NCBI RefSeq assembly: GCF_011386835.1
Contig: NC_088815.1
Span: forward strand, 14,074,001 to 14,138,000
DNA length: 64,000 nucleotides
Reading direction: 5' to 3'
From: Chrysemys picta bellii
Taxonomy: Eukaryota
In this document: positions 46,278 to 57,745 of the stretch, piece after piece
Numbering within the stretch: the stretch's first letter is position 1
How the letters are laid out: the number at the start of each line of letters is the position of its first letter
Notes under the pieces: model-generated
What the model was told of the DNA's origin: nothing
Database searches by the model: none
The model's input: only the letters and a program-made list of their open reading frames with translations
Translations under genes and position numbers: made by a program

Positions 46278-49200
46278 TCACAGGAGCAGGATCCCGGCGA
46301 GGGACAGAGCCAGCAGGTTCAGGTAGCCGGCCACGAGGGGGATCCGGAGGCTGCTCCCACCAGAGCTCTGGTTCTTCGGGCTATGGAGCTGCTGCTGTTC
46401 CAGCCGCCGGAGGTCAGCTTGGAGTTTATCACTGGGGGAACAAGTGAAAGGGAAGGAGATGGTAGCAGAGAGCTCTGGGGGAGGGGCCTCCCACAGCGCA
46501 GCCCAAAGGGGCAGGGACGGGCTGGTCTCACCTGTGCCGTTGAGCCTCCTGGAGCTGCTGTTTGAGCGTGTCTATTTCACCTGGACAACGACAGAGGGGA
46601 CACGGGGCAGTGCCAGTCAGATGAGGCAGCATGCGTCTCCCCCCTCCCTTCGAGCATGTCCCCCTCGACACCCCCACCCCTCCGTCTGGCACATCGGGGA
46701 CAGCTCCCTCACTGTACCTCCTGCCTCTATTTCCCCTGCGCCAGGCCTCTGTGTCAATGGGGCTGAGGGTCCGAGGAGAGGTTTGGGTGCTGAGATGAAC
46801 ACAGGATTGGGCCCTGCCTATTCACCTCCCCCATCCCTTTATCGGCCAAGAAGATTTTGGCCTTCTGCAGTTGATGAGGATTGTGGCAGCGCCTGGGACC
46901 CCCAGCCATGGGCGAGGGCCCCACGGTGCTAGGCGCTGTAAAAACCCACAACAAAAAGATGCTCCCTGCCCCATGGAGGTAACAATCTCAGCAGAAGACA
47001 AGAGAGAACAGGTGGATGTAGACACACTGGGAAGGACAGCTCAGCCTCTGTGCCCTGCCCAGTCCTTGGTCTCTCTGCTGGGGCTGCCACTGGCTGCTGG
47101 CTCTGGTGGGTGTTTCTGGCTTGGAGACCTTTGTCCCCTTTGAACCAGGCTGAGCTTATCGTAACAGTCAGTAAACAGCACCTAGGGCACCCAGCCCTCC
47201 ATAGCCAATTACCAACCTTACAAGCCAACCAGTCCCCTGTCCCCCCCAACGAGTGGGGAAGTAGGTCCCGGCTCAGGGCAGCAGAAAATCCCCCACCTGG
47301 AGTGACCTGGTCTCCTGGCTCTGAGCAGGAGGGTTTGTCCTGGTCCCGCCGCTCCTGTAATGTTACTTGGATCTGGCTGAGAGGACTGGGCCCAGCACAC
47401 GGGGCTTCACACTTCCATGACCCTGGCCCCGGAAGCTCCACGCATGCACCCCAGAAAGGCATCCCCTGTCTTAGAGAGGACCTCTCCTGGCCATTAGCCA
47501 GGAGCTGCTCAGAGCAGTCGTCTCACCTTGTCCCCGTCCTTGCTCGGTGCCTCGGCCTCCCAGCTGAGTGATTTCATCCTTCAGGGCAGTGATGTTGTTT
47601 TGCAGGACGTGCTGAGCGAGAAAACGAAAGAGAAAAATCAGCATCTCTGAGAGCGATGCCCACGGGAAAGCCTCTGCTCACTTGTGCTGTGCAGCCACCT
47701 CTGGGGCAGAAGGCGGCAGCTGTGCCACAGCTCAGAAAAACACCACACGGCAGCTTAATGACCATGGACACACTCATTGCCGTGCCACGGGGAGCAGAGT
47801 GGAGTTACTGGAGATGGATTCCTGTCCTCAGAACAGGCCAAGGGGTGCTTGCATCAGACCTGAAAGCTGGCACCCCCGGCAATAACCGTAGCCCGGCGCT
47901 GGGCACTGCTCTGTACGGAGTCACAGGGAATGGAGCCTCCTACTGCGGCACCAACCCCATGTCCTTCAGGCCTAGCTGAACAGACCTCTCAGCTATTATC
48001 TGATAGGTGCTTCTTATTTTTTCCTAGTTCAAGGTTCCCCTTTCCCCAGCTCTCTCCCAGGGTGCTGCTAACGCCCAAATCAGCCTTTTGTCCTCTCGTG
48101 GAGAACTGAATTCGACTCCAGTGGTGCTGGTGTGTGGGGGTGCACGTTAGACCAGACCCACTGGACCCTGCAGGACCTGTGGTTCTCCCATTCCAGATCT
48201 CTGGGACCGCCTGGATCAATGATAGGAGACAAACAGGGAACAGGCCATCAAACACAGACTGACTAGACCAGCCAGCTTTCCACTACTCAAAGGGACCAGG
48301 GCTGGCTCCAGGGTTTTTGCCACCCCAAGCGGCAGGGAAAAAAAAAAGCCGCGATCGTGATCGGCAGCAGTTTGGCGGTAGCTCTACCGCGCCGCTTTCT
48401 TCTTCGGCGGCACTTCAGCGGCAGGTCCTTCCCTTCAGGAGGGACCAAGGGACCCGCCACCGAATTGCCACCGAAGAGCTCAACGTGCCGCCCCTTCCCC
48501 TTGGCTGCCCCAAGCACCTGCTTGCTGAGCTGGTGCCCGGAGCCAGCCCTGAAAGGGACCCTCCTCTTCACGTCTGTCTGTCCCGCTCAATCCCATCTCT
48601 TCACTTACTCTTGGTTTCCCTCCTTCCCCCTACTTCTCCCATGGTCACAGACTCAGTTTCTCTCTGTCTCTCGCAGGCTCCACGCTGCCTGCCGCTGTCC
48701 CCCACCCCCACCCCTCCAGCTGTCACTTCCCCTCTCTCTGAGGGGAGAGACCACCTCCTCTCCACAGAACAAGACAGGCCATTCCCCAGGCCACCCTGCA
48801 AACCACAGCTCCCCAGCCAGGGTCGAGTCCCTGCACCATGTTTACACAGACATGTGCAGAGAAGAAAATTAATTTGATCGGTAACAAAAAGCCACCAGGG
48901 ACCCAGGTGACCCCCCCGGGCTAGTGCAGCCACCTCTCACCCCGGCAAATCCTGCATCGGGGAGCAAGTGAAATGAGCTGCCTGGGACCCGTCCCCAGCC
49001 CAGCCCACCCCACAGAGCAACGGGACAAATCCCTTGCTCAGGGAAGCTCCGGGGTGGACCAACAGGGGGCGCTGCATGTGACCGTGTGGGGAATAGCACT
49101 GGGGGCTGTGGGGAGGGACCCGGGAAAACGCTGCTTGTGCTGGGGGACGGGTATTGACAAGCACAGGCACGGCCCCACCAAGACAAATCATTGTAGCATT

Positions 49201-49682
49201 TTGCAGAGCAGCCTGGAATGGTCCCCTGGCTGTGAGCTGCCCGGGGCAGGGCCTGGTGCTGGCACCTTTTCGCAGCCCCCAGCCCTGCGCCACCCTGATC
49301 CTGGACAGGGCCTCCTGGGCGCTACCGTAGACTTATATTAAACAGCAACAACATCCAAAGCACGCACCGTCAGGCTCCTGCAGGACTCCCAGCGCCCGCG
49401 CGTCTCCCAGAGGGTCTGATTGGTGCCAGCCAGCTCCGACCGCAGCGCCGTGACCTCTGCCCTCGCCCCATCCCGCTGCTGTTCCAGGGCCCCCTTCTCC
49501 TCCTCCAGGTTGGCGAGTTTCCCCGTCAGAGCGGAGGTGTTTTTCTTCAGCTGCTCCTGGCACTGTCTCAGCTGGGTCGGGGCAAAGGAGATATAGACCA
49601 CGCAGGCAATCAGCCCGATTAACACTAAGATGAAGGCGACCGACAGGAAAACACAGCAGCGCGTCTTCCAGTTGTCCCCCAT
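46278..49682 (-). CDS. BST2: Tetherin/BST2-like gene 2 (200 aa); exons 49368-49682, 47527-47611, 46532-46580, 46278-46431
   Basis: GT-AG junctions with phases 0,1,2. TM CCVFLSVAFILVLIGLIACVVYISF; heptad-rich ectodomain with NTS, NQT, NIT sequons; exon 3 GEIDTLKQQLQEA; GPI-type tail SSGGSSLRIPLVAGYLNLLALSLAGILLL*; AATAAA at 45307-45302. Confidence 0.88.
48297..48551. mobile_element. hAT-type MITE in intron 1 of BST2-like gene 2
   Basis: TIRs cagggctggctcc / ggagccagccctg; perfect 8-bp TSD AAAGGGAC; same family as 14312-14536. Confidence 0.88.
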
Positions 49683-52600
49683 GCTTTTGTTCTCCAAAAA
49701 CGGGGGGCGGGGAGGGGAAGTTTAGCAGCCAGTGCTCATCCCAGTATGTGAACCTCGCTGAGCTGACAGCCCGGCAGCCTCACTCTGCAAAAAAGAAAGA
49801 GTTTCTTTTGCCCTCTAGTGTTTTCTAGTTGTGCTCCTCATTAGCATATGGGACGTGTTCCTGTTCTAGGGGGAGATGGATTTCCTCAGGAACGGCCCTG
49901 TCCAGGAGATCATGTGGTTCGAGGGAGTCAGGCAGTGCTGGGCTCGGACGGATTTGGGCTGTAGCCCCAGCGCTCTGCCCAGCTGCGATGTAACCGGGCT
50001 GGCAGGGAGAGGCGGCGAGCGCTGCAAAGGGCCCTTGTGGCTGGAGGTGCTCTGGGCTACTGTGCGGGAGACCTGGATTTGAGTCCCTGTCCCTCACCTT
50101 CACTCTGCCAGGCTCCGAGTCCATCCCCATCGCTCTGCTCTGCCGCTGCCGGAGGTCCTGCTGGGTAGTGCCCTGCCACGGGTCTGATCCCTGGACCCCC
50201 ACCACTGGCCGAGCTCGGGCGGGCTGGCTCCAGGCAGGGGTGTGCCTCCTGTGCAGGGCAAGGCCCCTGGGCTGCTCTAACCCTACAGAAGACCTGGTGG
50301 AGCCCTGCCCGGTGCTGGAGGCTGGAAGCCCTGCAGCCCAGACAGCCTGGGGAGCTCTGCTGGGCCTGGGACGGGCCATGTGGGCCAGACGCCCTGAGGT
50401 GCTGGTGGGGCTGTGTGCTGAGCTCCCCCTGGAGACAGGGGCTTTTACTTGGGCTGGAGGCAGAACAGAAGCAGCTGGGGCCTCTGGCACTGGGGGGGCT
50501 GGGGCAGCGCCATATCTTCCCCCGCTGGGAGCTGTGCCAGCCTGGGGGGGGGGTCTCTGGGTTATGGGGACCCCCCCCAGCTCTGGGGCTTCTGGAGGGT
50601 TATTTTGAGCCATGTTCCATTCTATTTCCACCTCCCTGCATGACGATAAAATAATAAAGGGCCATTGTCCATGGATAACACGCTGCCCCCTCCCACACCA
50701 GTCGCAACCTGAATTCACCACCCCACCCGCCCACCCAGGGCAGGGACAGGGGCAGGTGAGCTTTGTCCCCCTTTTCACATGGTGGGCCGGGTGGGGGATC
50801 TCGGGCACAGAGAGGCCATGGCTGCCAGTCAGTGCCATCTCCTGACCCTGGCGGGGGCAGCTCAACAGGGCAGGGGGGAGCTGGGGGAGGGGAGTGGTCC
50901 CCACTAACCCAAGCACCCCAAACCCTCCCGAGTGGCTGCAGGGACGTCGCTGCTTCCCTTCCACCAGCACCAACACACACACACACAAGTACACAAGGTG
51001 CCACAAGTACTCCTGTTCTTTTTACACACACACAGCTCATCAGTTGGGAAGGGGCTAATTTACCTGCAGCTCACAACTTTGGGGCTTTTTCTTTTTTAGT
51101 TCAGAGAACAATTTCTTTCTTTTTGTCTTTTTATACGTTATACCCCTCCTCCCCAACACAACCAATAACCCAGGACATTCCTCTTTCCCTGCTGAGGCAG
51201 CGGCCAGCCCACTCCTTGGGCCCTTCCTCCTCCAAAACCAGCCAGGCCCCTGCTGCAGCCTGTGGGCGGTGGGGGAGGGGAGGGGTTGCTCAGATCCACA
51301 GGCAGGGGCTGGGCTCCACCTCAGGGGAACGGGTGAGGAAGAAACTCTGGGTCCAGACCCGCTAGAACTGCCCCCGGTTCTGGAGCGCCCGGCCTGTGGC
51401 TGCTGCATGGCAGAGAACCGCATAGGCCAACCCGCCTGTTGGCCTGGCAGGAGCTGGGGGTGTCCGGGGGTGTTTGCTAGACAATGGACTTTGCATTGAT
51501 GATGATTATCATGTACAGCCCCTAGCGCAGCGGGGTCCTGGCCCATTGCTGGAGCTCTTTCGATAGGTACTGCCATGGGGTGGCTCGTGGCTGCCCTTTT
51601 AAGGGGAGGGGGCTGATCCAGCCTCCTGTGACTGATTGTTCACCCCTCCCCTCACGGAGGGCAGGCATGGGAGCTGGACCTAAGAAGGGGTGAATGGGAG
51701 CATCTGGGCCCTATCAGACCCACTCTGCTGCACTTGGGAGAGGGTGTGTGTCAGGCAGCGTGGAGATAGGAGGAGGAAGCTATGGGGTGCTGGGGCAGAC
51801 AATACACTCGGGCTTGTCTCTTGCTTAGGGGGCTGGGGGAAGTGAGACAGTCCCCGTAGCAGGCCCTGGGGAGAGAGAGAGGGCTGGCACTGGCTGCAGG
51901 AGAGGGGTTCTGTCGTGGGTCTCAGAGAGGAGCAGAGGATGACAGTATAAACTGGAACAGGCTCTGTCTTTAAACACGCTAGGGCAGCGCTACATCAGTG
52001 GCTCTCCTGTCGCTCTATGCAGCACACGATCTTAAATCACCGGGTGATTTAATTCTTAACCAATCTACGTTATTAACCAATCAGGTGGCTCTGACCATGT
52101 TATTCACCAGTCTCCAGCACACGAAGGAGTGCCGTCAAGGTAAGGCTCATCACCTGAAGTTTGATAACACATAGGTCGGAAGACGCGTGGCTCATTGTCG
52201 TTGATAAAATCATAATAGCTGGTCCGTCATTTTGCTGAGGGAGAATCACATACATGAACTATTCGCACTGTTTAACTAGGAATAGCGAGCACTATAGTAA
52301 ATGAAACAATACATTCCCGCCACGGTGGCTCTTTAGGGTAACGGCGTAGGCCACAAGCCGAAGGGGAAGCAATTGTCTCAAGTCCGATTGTACTCCATTT
52401 TGCTGATTTTGCCTTATACTCCATTTTGCTCATGAATTAGTAAGAAGAAATTGTTCGGAGTTTATTCTTTGCTGATTGTGTTAACATTTGCTCTTTGAAG
52501 GAGAGCAGTTTTAGGGCTGTAATTGCCTTATTTGCTGTTTGGCGTGAGTGAAGCATGTCCGGTGATTAGCTGAGACAGGACAACTGGGCCGGATGGTCAA

Positions 52601-53609
52601 GAAGGGAGTGGAGGAGTCAAGAAGCGCCAGCTTTATTATCAATCACCCGGAGGGCAGATTGACGACCCTAAAGCGAATGCATCCAGTCCCAAGGCCGAGA
52701 TAAGGAGTTGAGCCAGAGGGACAGATAAGAAACAGCTGCGAATCCTCCTAGTAACAACTCAAAATAATGCTAAACAGAGCAACCTTGAATACCTCGTGAC
52801 TGACAGCTCCGCGGTGACGCAGCAAGCTCCAGAGAGTTGTACGATAAAAGACGGGTGTATCGCCACGGGACTTTGCGTTCGTTCTGCATCAACCTCGGCG
52901 CTTCGAACGCCTTCAACAGAGCCCAGCTTCCCCTCCCTTGTGTGCTGAGCAGTACTAAGGACTGGTATGAGATCCAGCTGCAGAACCGGGGGTGGGGGGG
53001 GGCGTATTGCCTTATCCCCTTTAAAAAGATTCCCTTTGCTTCTTATAAGATAACAATGGCTCCTGAAGGGCTGAGTAGAACCGCACGACCGGACACCCTT
53101 CCCCTCGGTGTCTTTCCTTTAGTTATGTTTTGAGGGAGCGCTGGGGAAGGCACTGGGGGGGGGTTCCCAGCCCTGGGAAATAGGGACAGAAGACCCAGCT
53201 GTGGTATGTTTTGTGTTCAAACCCTGACGTTGGATCTCTGGTATCCCGACGGGAGGAGACTCTGGCCAGCACAGAGCCGGGGGCTGAGTCACCAGAAGAA
53301 CCAGACCACCACAGGGCTTGAATGGCCCTCAAAGGCCGTCCCTGCAGTGCTAGCCAGTGAGATGCTCGTCTGCCTAGAAGTCTATTAGCTACAGTAAGCT
53401 GTACATTCTTAACAGTGAGGATAATTAACCACTGGAGCCATTTACCAGGGGTCGGGGGGGCTGATTGGGGGCAGTTCTCTTCCTTTTCCTCCCACAGCCC
53501 CGCTTAGCCCTCCCATCTCTTCCCCTTCTGGACAAAGGGACGGTAGCGGGGCTGTGGTTGTTAAGGAGACCGGATGGTACTGGGGGCTCTCGACGTCGTC
53601 CAATCCAGA

Positions 53610-53960
53610 CTGGCTGCCTTCTGGGAAGCTGCGTTAGTCAGATACGTTATTGGGCTCCATTCAGGGGAAGAGGGCAACATTTAATGTCGGGGCTATGCCA
53701 GGGATCCGACTACATGACCTAATGGTCCCTTCTGGCCTGAGACGCTATGAAACTGGTCTGTGCATTAAAGCACCAGGAGCTGGGAGCCAGGACTCCTGGG
53801 TTCCATTCCCAGCTTTGCCACTGCGTGCCTGGGGGCACGTCCCTTTCCCTCGGTCTGCTGCGGTTTCCCCATCTGTAGAATGGGTCTAATGGTTCTGATT
53901 ACCCAGGGTGTGCTGCGAGGTTCGGTTCGGTTCACCCATGTTGGACAGGTGCTTTGAGAT
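53610..53960 (+). mobile_element. Degraded CR1 3' end followed by a MIR/CORE-like SINE remnant (paralog at ~61980-62340)
   Basis: 'gactacatgacctaatggtcccttctggcct...ctatga' then 'ccaggactcctgggttcc...tttccccatctgtagaatggg'. Confidence 0.5.
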
Positions 53961-55566
53961 CATCAGTGGAAGGTGCTGGAGAAGGGCAATAAGTGTTCTG
54001 CTGATCCCCCAGTTGCAGGGGCAGCTCACCCCCTCAAAGTAATTACTTCAGGCTCTCAGTAAATGCAGGCAGGGGTTGCTGCATAGATCACTATCTCGTT
54101 AGCGCCTGCCCATTCAGACCAATTGACTCAGGCTCTCTGCAGACTCAGGCAGTGTCACTGCATTGGTTACACTCGGGTCACCATGCGAGCTGTCCTTGGC
54201 ATCCCTGAGGATTAGAAACTGACCTATACATGAAAGTCCCAGGTCTGATGCGGGGCCCTAGGCATGGGCCTACAGTGCTTTCCCCTAAGAGCGCCCTGTG
54301 CAGAGCCCGTCACCCCAGCCCAGGAGCAGGGAGAGGGGTTTGCCCCGTGCTCCAAACTAGCAGCAGAGTTACGAGCTGCCTCTTCCCTGCTCTCTGAAGG
54401 CAGGTCAGGCGTGCGACGGCCACGAATACGGCTCCGGGGCTGCTCGCGCTGAGCCCCGGGTCTCTGATCGGGCAGGGCGTGGGAGGACAAATGACACCAC
54501 AAACCTTTGGGGTTGGCAACATTTTATTAGAAAAATAGAAACCCTCACGGGAGCAGCAAATACCTCCGCTGGGGCTTGACCTCGCTCAGGGCAACCGTCG
54601 TCTGGGATAATCTGAGTCTGAGAAACCCCAGGGGCTCTGGCTCTGGGTGAAGCGGCTCCATCCTCCCTGCGCCCTTCACCGGCGGGATCTTCTTCACTGT
54701 TTTCCATCATCCTCCAGTGCTGGGCAGGAGCCAACGAGATCCTTCCGCCAGGGACCGGCTGGGCAGGAACCCGCCCCCCTGCACGACCTGGGGAAGGGCC
54801 GAGGTCATAGCAAGCTAGTGGTTTAGACCAGTTCTCCTGAGGGCGACTTGGAGGGGAGCGAGCCGGCTGCGCTGTGCACCGTGTTCCCGTGGGGATTCTC
54901 CACTTTCCACTGCCTGCTCAGCCCTGAAACACAAATCCCGCGGGATCGAAAGGGCATTGGGGACGGATGATGGAAATAAACGGAGAGAGAGAGAGACACA
55001 GTCCTGTGTCCCCAACCCCTGACCCACTGCGCTGAGCTAAAGAACAGCAGCGGGAGAGAGAAAGGAGATGTAGGCGAGGGAGGACTGGAGAGGAAGCATG
55101 GCCTTAGGGTTACATGCTGGTGCTCAGGAGAGCTGAGTTCAAGGCTTGACTCTGCCATGTGCTCCTGGGGCGACTCACTAATCGCCTTGTGCCTCAGTTT
55201 CCCATCAATAATGATCTTTCTTTTTTTCCTGTGCTGCTCTTTGGTCTGCGAGCTGTGTCTCTGGCCTGGCACAGGTGCTGCCATGCGCTGGGAGGAGACT
55301 TGGAATGAGATGGGCGGTTCAGTGAAGCCAGGCTAGGCAGCAGGACCTGCACAGGAGATGGCTCTCTCGCCTGCGGGGGGGAGAGCATGTGGCGTGGTCA
55401 GAGATGAGCAGGCACAGAGCGGTGGCTGGGTGAAGGCTGGAGCTGTCTTTGGTGGCGGTGACAGGACGAGACCCCTCTGCCCAAGAGCCTGGGGGTCAGA
55501 CAGCAGAAGGGGTCTCTGGACAAGTCTGTATCCAGGCTCCTCGATACCTGAACAAAGCGGCTCCTC

Positions 55567-57745
55567 TTAAAGGAGAAGGGTGCCAAGGAGGGACAGTGCC
55601 AGCGGAGCCAGGCAGAGAGACACACGGTGACCCCCGAGGCTGTCCCCGCTGGAGCGCTGATTCCTCTGGCTTTGGAGCTCCATGTTCAGCCAATGGATGT
55701 TCGCTTTGAGCTGATCTCTGGGGGAACAAGCGAAAGGGAAATGCACATTAACTCCGAGCTCTGGGGGGAGGGCCCACCCCTCCGAGCTCTGGGGGGAGGG
55801 CCCACCCCAGCCCCATGGGGTCGGGACTGGTGGGTCTACCTTTGCTTCTGGAATTCTTCCTGGGAATCCTGCAGTTGCTGGGACTGGCTGGAGAGCTGGT
55901 CTCTGAGCCTGCCATTTTCATCTGGAAAAAGAGAGGAAGGGAAAGCCACCAGGTGTCAGTGTGTTACCCAGCCTGCCTTTCACCTCCATTCCCTAGCACC
56001 ACACACGCCTTTCCTTCTGGCTCCACCCCGAGACCCCACCCAGTCTGTCTCCATCCCCCTCTACACAAGGGATCTCTGCCAAGCCATCCGGCCCCCCTGG
56101 AATTCGCAGCATCTCACCTTGTAACCCTCGTTCCTTGGCCTCCCACTCAGAGTCTCTGGCCTCCAGCTGTGTGATTGTGTTGCTCAGGGCAGTGATGTTG
56201 TTCTGCAGGTTATGCTGAGCCGGAAGAGGAGGGAGAGAGAGGAAAAGGAATCATTATCGCTGACTGTGCAAGCCACACAGAAAGCCCTTACCCAGGTGTG
56301 AAACTGATCGGTTCTGGCCACTGTGTCCTTTAAGATGTAAGAACTCATCCCCTCACGTGGCGTTTTCCTGCTTTTTCAACTCCCAACTGTTTTCTCAACT
56401 TCGAACGAACTAGTCATTGAACTGAACTAGGGGCATAAACTGAACAGAAGAAAATATTTTCTCTGCACGTCCAGAAATGACTCCTAATGTCAATAGCTGG
56501 TTCAGCATTTCAACCATCTCTGGCTTCAGGTGCTTAGCCAGCGACTTCCACCAGGTCAGTGGGCGGCTTTCTTTAAAACCTGGCAGAAAACATACCCGGT
56601 TTGACTCTGTTTTATTTAATGTCAAGGAATGTAACAGAGTATAGTACGTTTAGGTCTCAAAACAGGATTTTAAATAGAATTATTTTTAAAAAGAAAACAG
56701 TGTTCAATTTACAGTCTAAAAAGATTGGATTTTTTAAATATATATTTTCAAATCACCCATTTTTAGCCCCCGGCAGCTCATTGAAAGTGCCCGGGGTGGC
56801 AGAGCGGAGTCAATGGAGATGTATTCCTGGCCCAGAGATGGGGTGTCACAGCACCTGCAGTCGCACAACACCCACCGGGGCACTGGCTCCATCTGTATTC
56901 CAAGGGACTGGAGCCGCCTGCGGAGTCCCCAACCCCACGGCCACACAGATACGGAGAATTCAATGAACTGATATTGGTCTCAAAAGGCCACACAGGCCGC
57001 TGGATGCCCCCAGGGTCCATGCAAGGCAGGGTTAAAATTTCCCAGCGGGGAGCAAGTGACGTGAGCTGCTAGACTGGAGCCCCTGGCCCCAGCCCACCCC
57101 ACAGAGCAACAGGACAAATTCCTTGATTAGGAAACAGTCATGAATGCACCAATGGGGGGTGATGCATGCCACTGTGTGGGGAGCCCAGGGCCGGATCGGC
57201 TGTCAGGGGGGCAGAGCACTGGTGTCAGAGCCTGTGAAAGAAACTTCGTGTACTACGCCCGGGGGGAGGCGGGGGTATGGATTACACAAGCACATTTACT
57301 CCCCCAACAGCAGCCTGGAAAGGTCCCTAGGCTGTGAACTTCCCAGGGCAGCGCCTGGCACCTTTGTACAGCACCCAGCACTGCGCCACCCTGATCCTCG
57401 ACTGGGGCTCCTGGGGGCTACCATATACCAATATTAAACAGCAACAACAGCACCCACCGTCAGGCTCCTGCAGGAGTCCCAGCGCCCGCGCGTCTCCCAG
57501 AGGGTCTGATTGGTGCCAGCCAGCTCCGACCGCAGCGCCGTGACCTCTGCCCTCGCCCTGTCCCGCTGCTTTTCCAGGGCCCTCTTCTCCTCCTCCAGGT
57601 TGGCGAGTTTCTCATCCAGATCTGAGGTCTTCAGCTGCCCCTGACACTCGACCACACAGCAGGTGAGAGCGATTAATATGGCAGCTAATATGAAGATGGA
57701 GGCACCTACCAGGCAGACGCAAAGTTTCTTCCGCTTGTTGCCCAT
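55567..57745 (-). CDS. BST2: Tetherin/BST2-like gene 3 (205 aa; 216 aa from the upstream in-frame ATG at 57778); exons 57458-57745, 56118-56214, 55840-55921, 55567-55717
   Basis: GT-AG junctions with phases 0,1,2. TM LCVCLVGASIFILAAILIALTCCVV; coiled coil nearly identical to gene 2 in exon 1; GPI-type tail SSGDSLGGHRVSLCLAPLALSLLGTLLL*; AATAAA at 54528-54523. Confidence 0.88.
56340..56625 (-). mobile_element. hAT transposase C-terminal (dimerisation domain) remnant in intron 1 of BST2-like gene 3
   Basis: PLTWWKSLAKHL...LLTLGVISGRAEKIFSS resembles the hAT WW...S(S)A..ER.FS motif; absent at the matching position of gene 2. Confidence 0.65.

Noticed and set aside
49825-51006. 393-aa minus-strand ORF upstream of BST2-like gene 2
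   Set aside because: GC-rich intron/promoter DNA; the frame is not conserved in the paralogous segment at 58050-59000.
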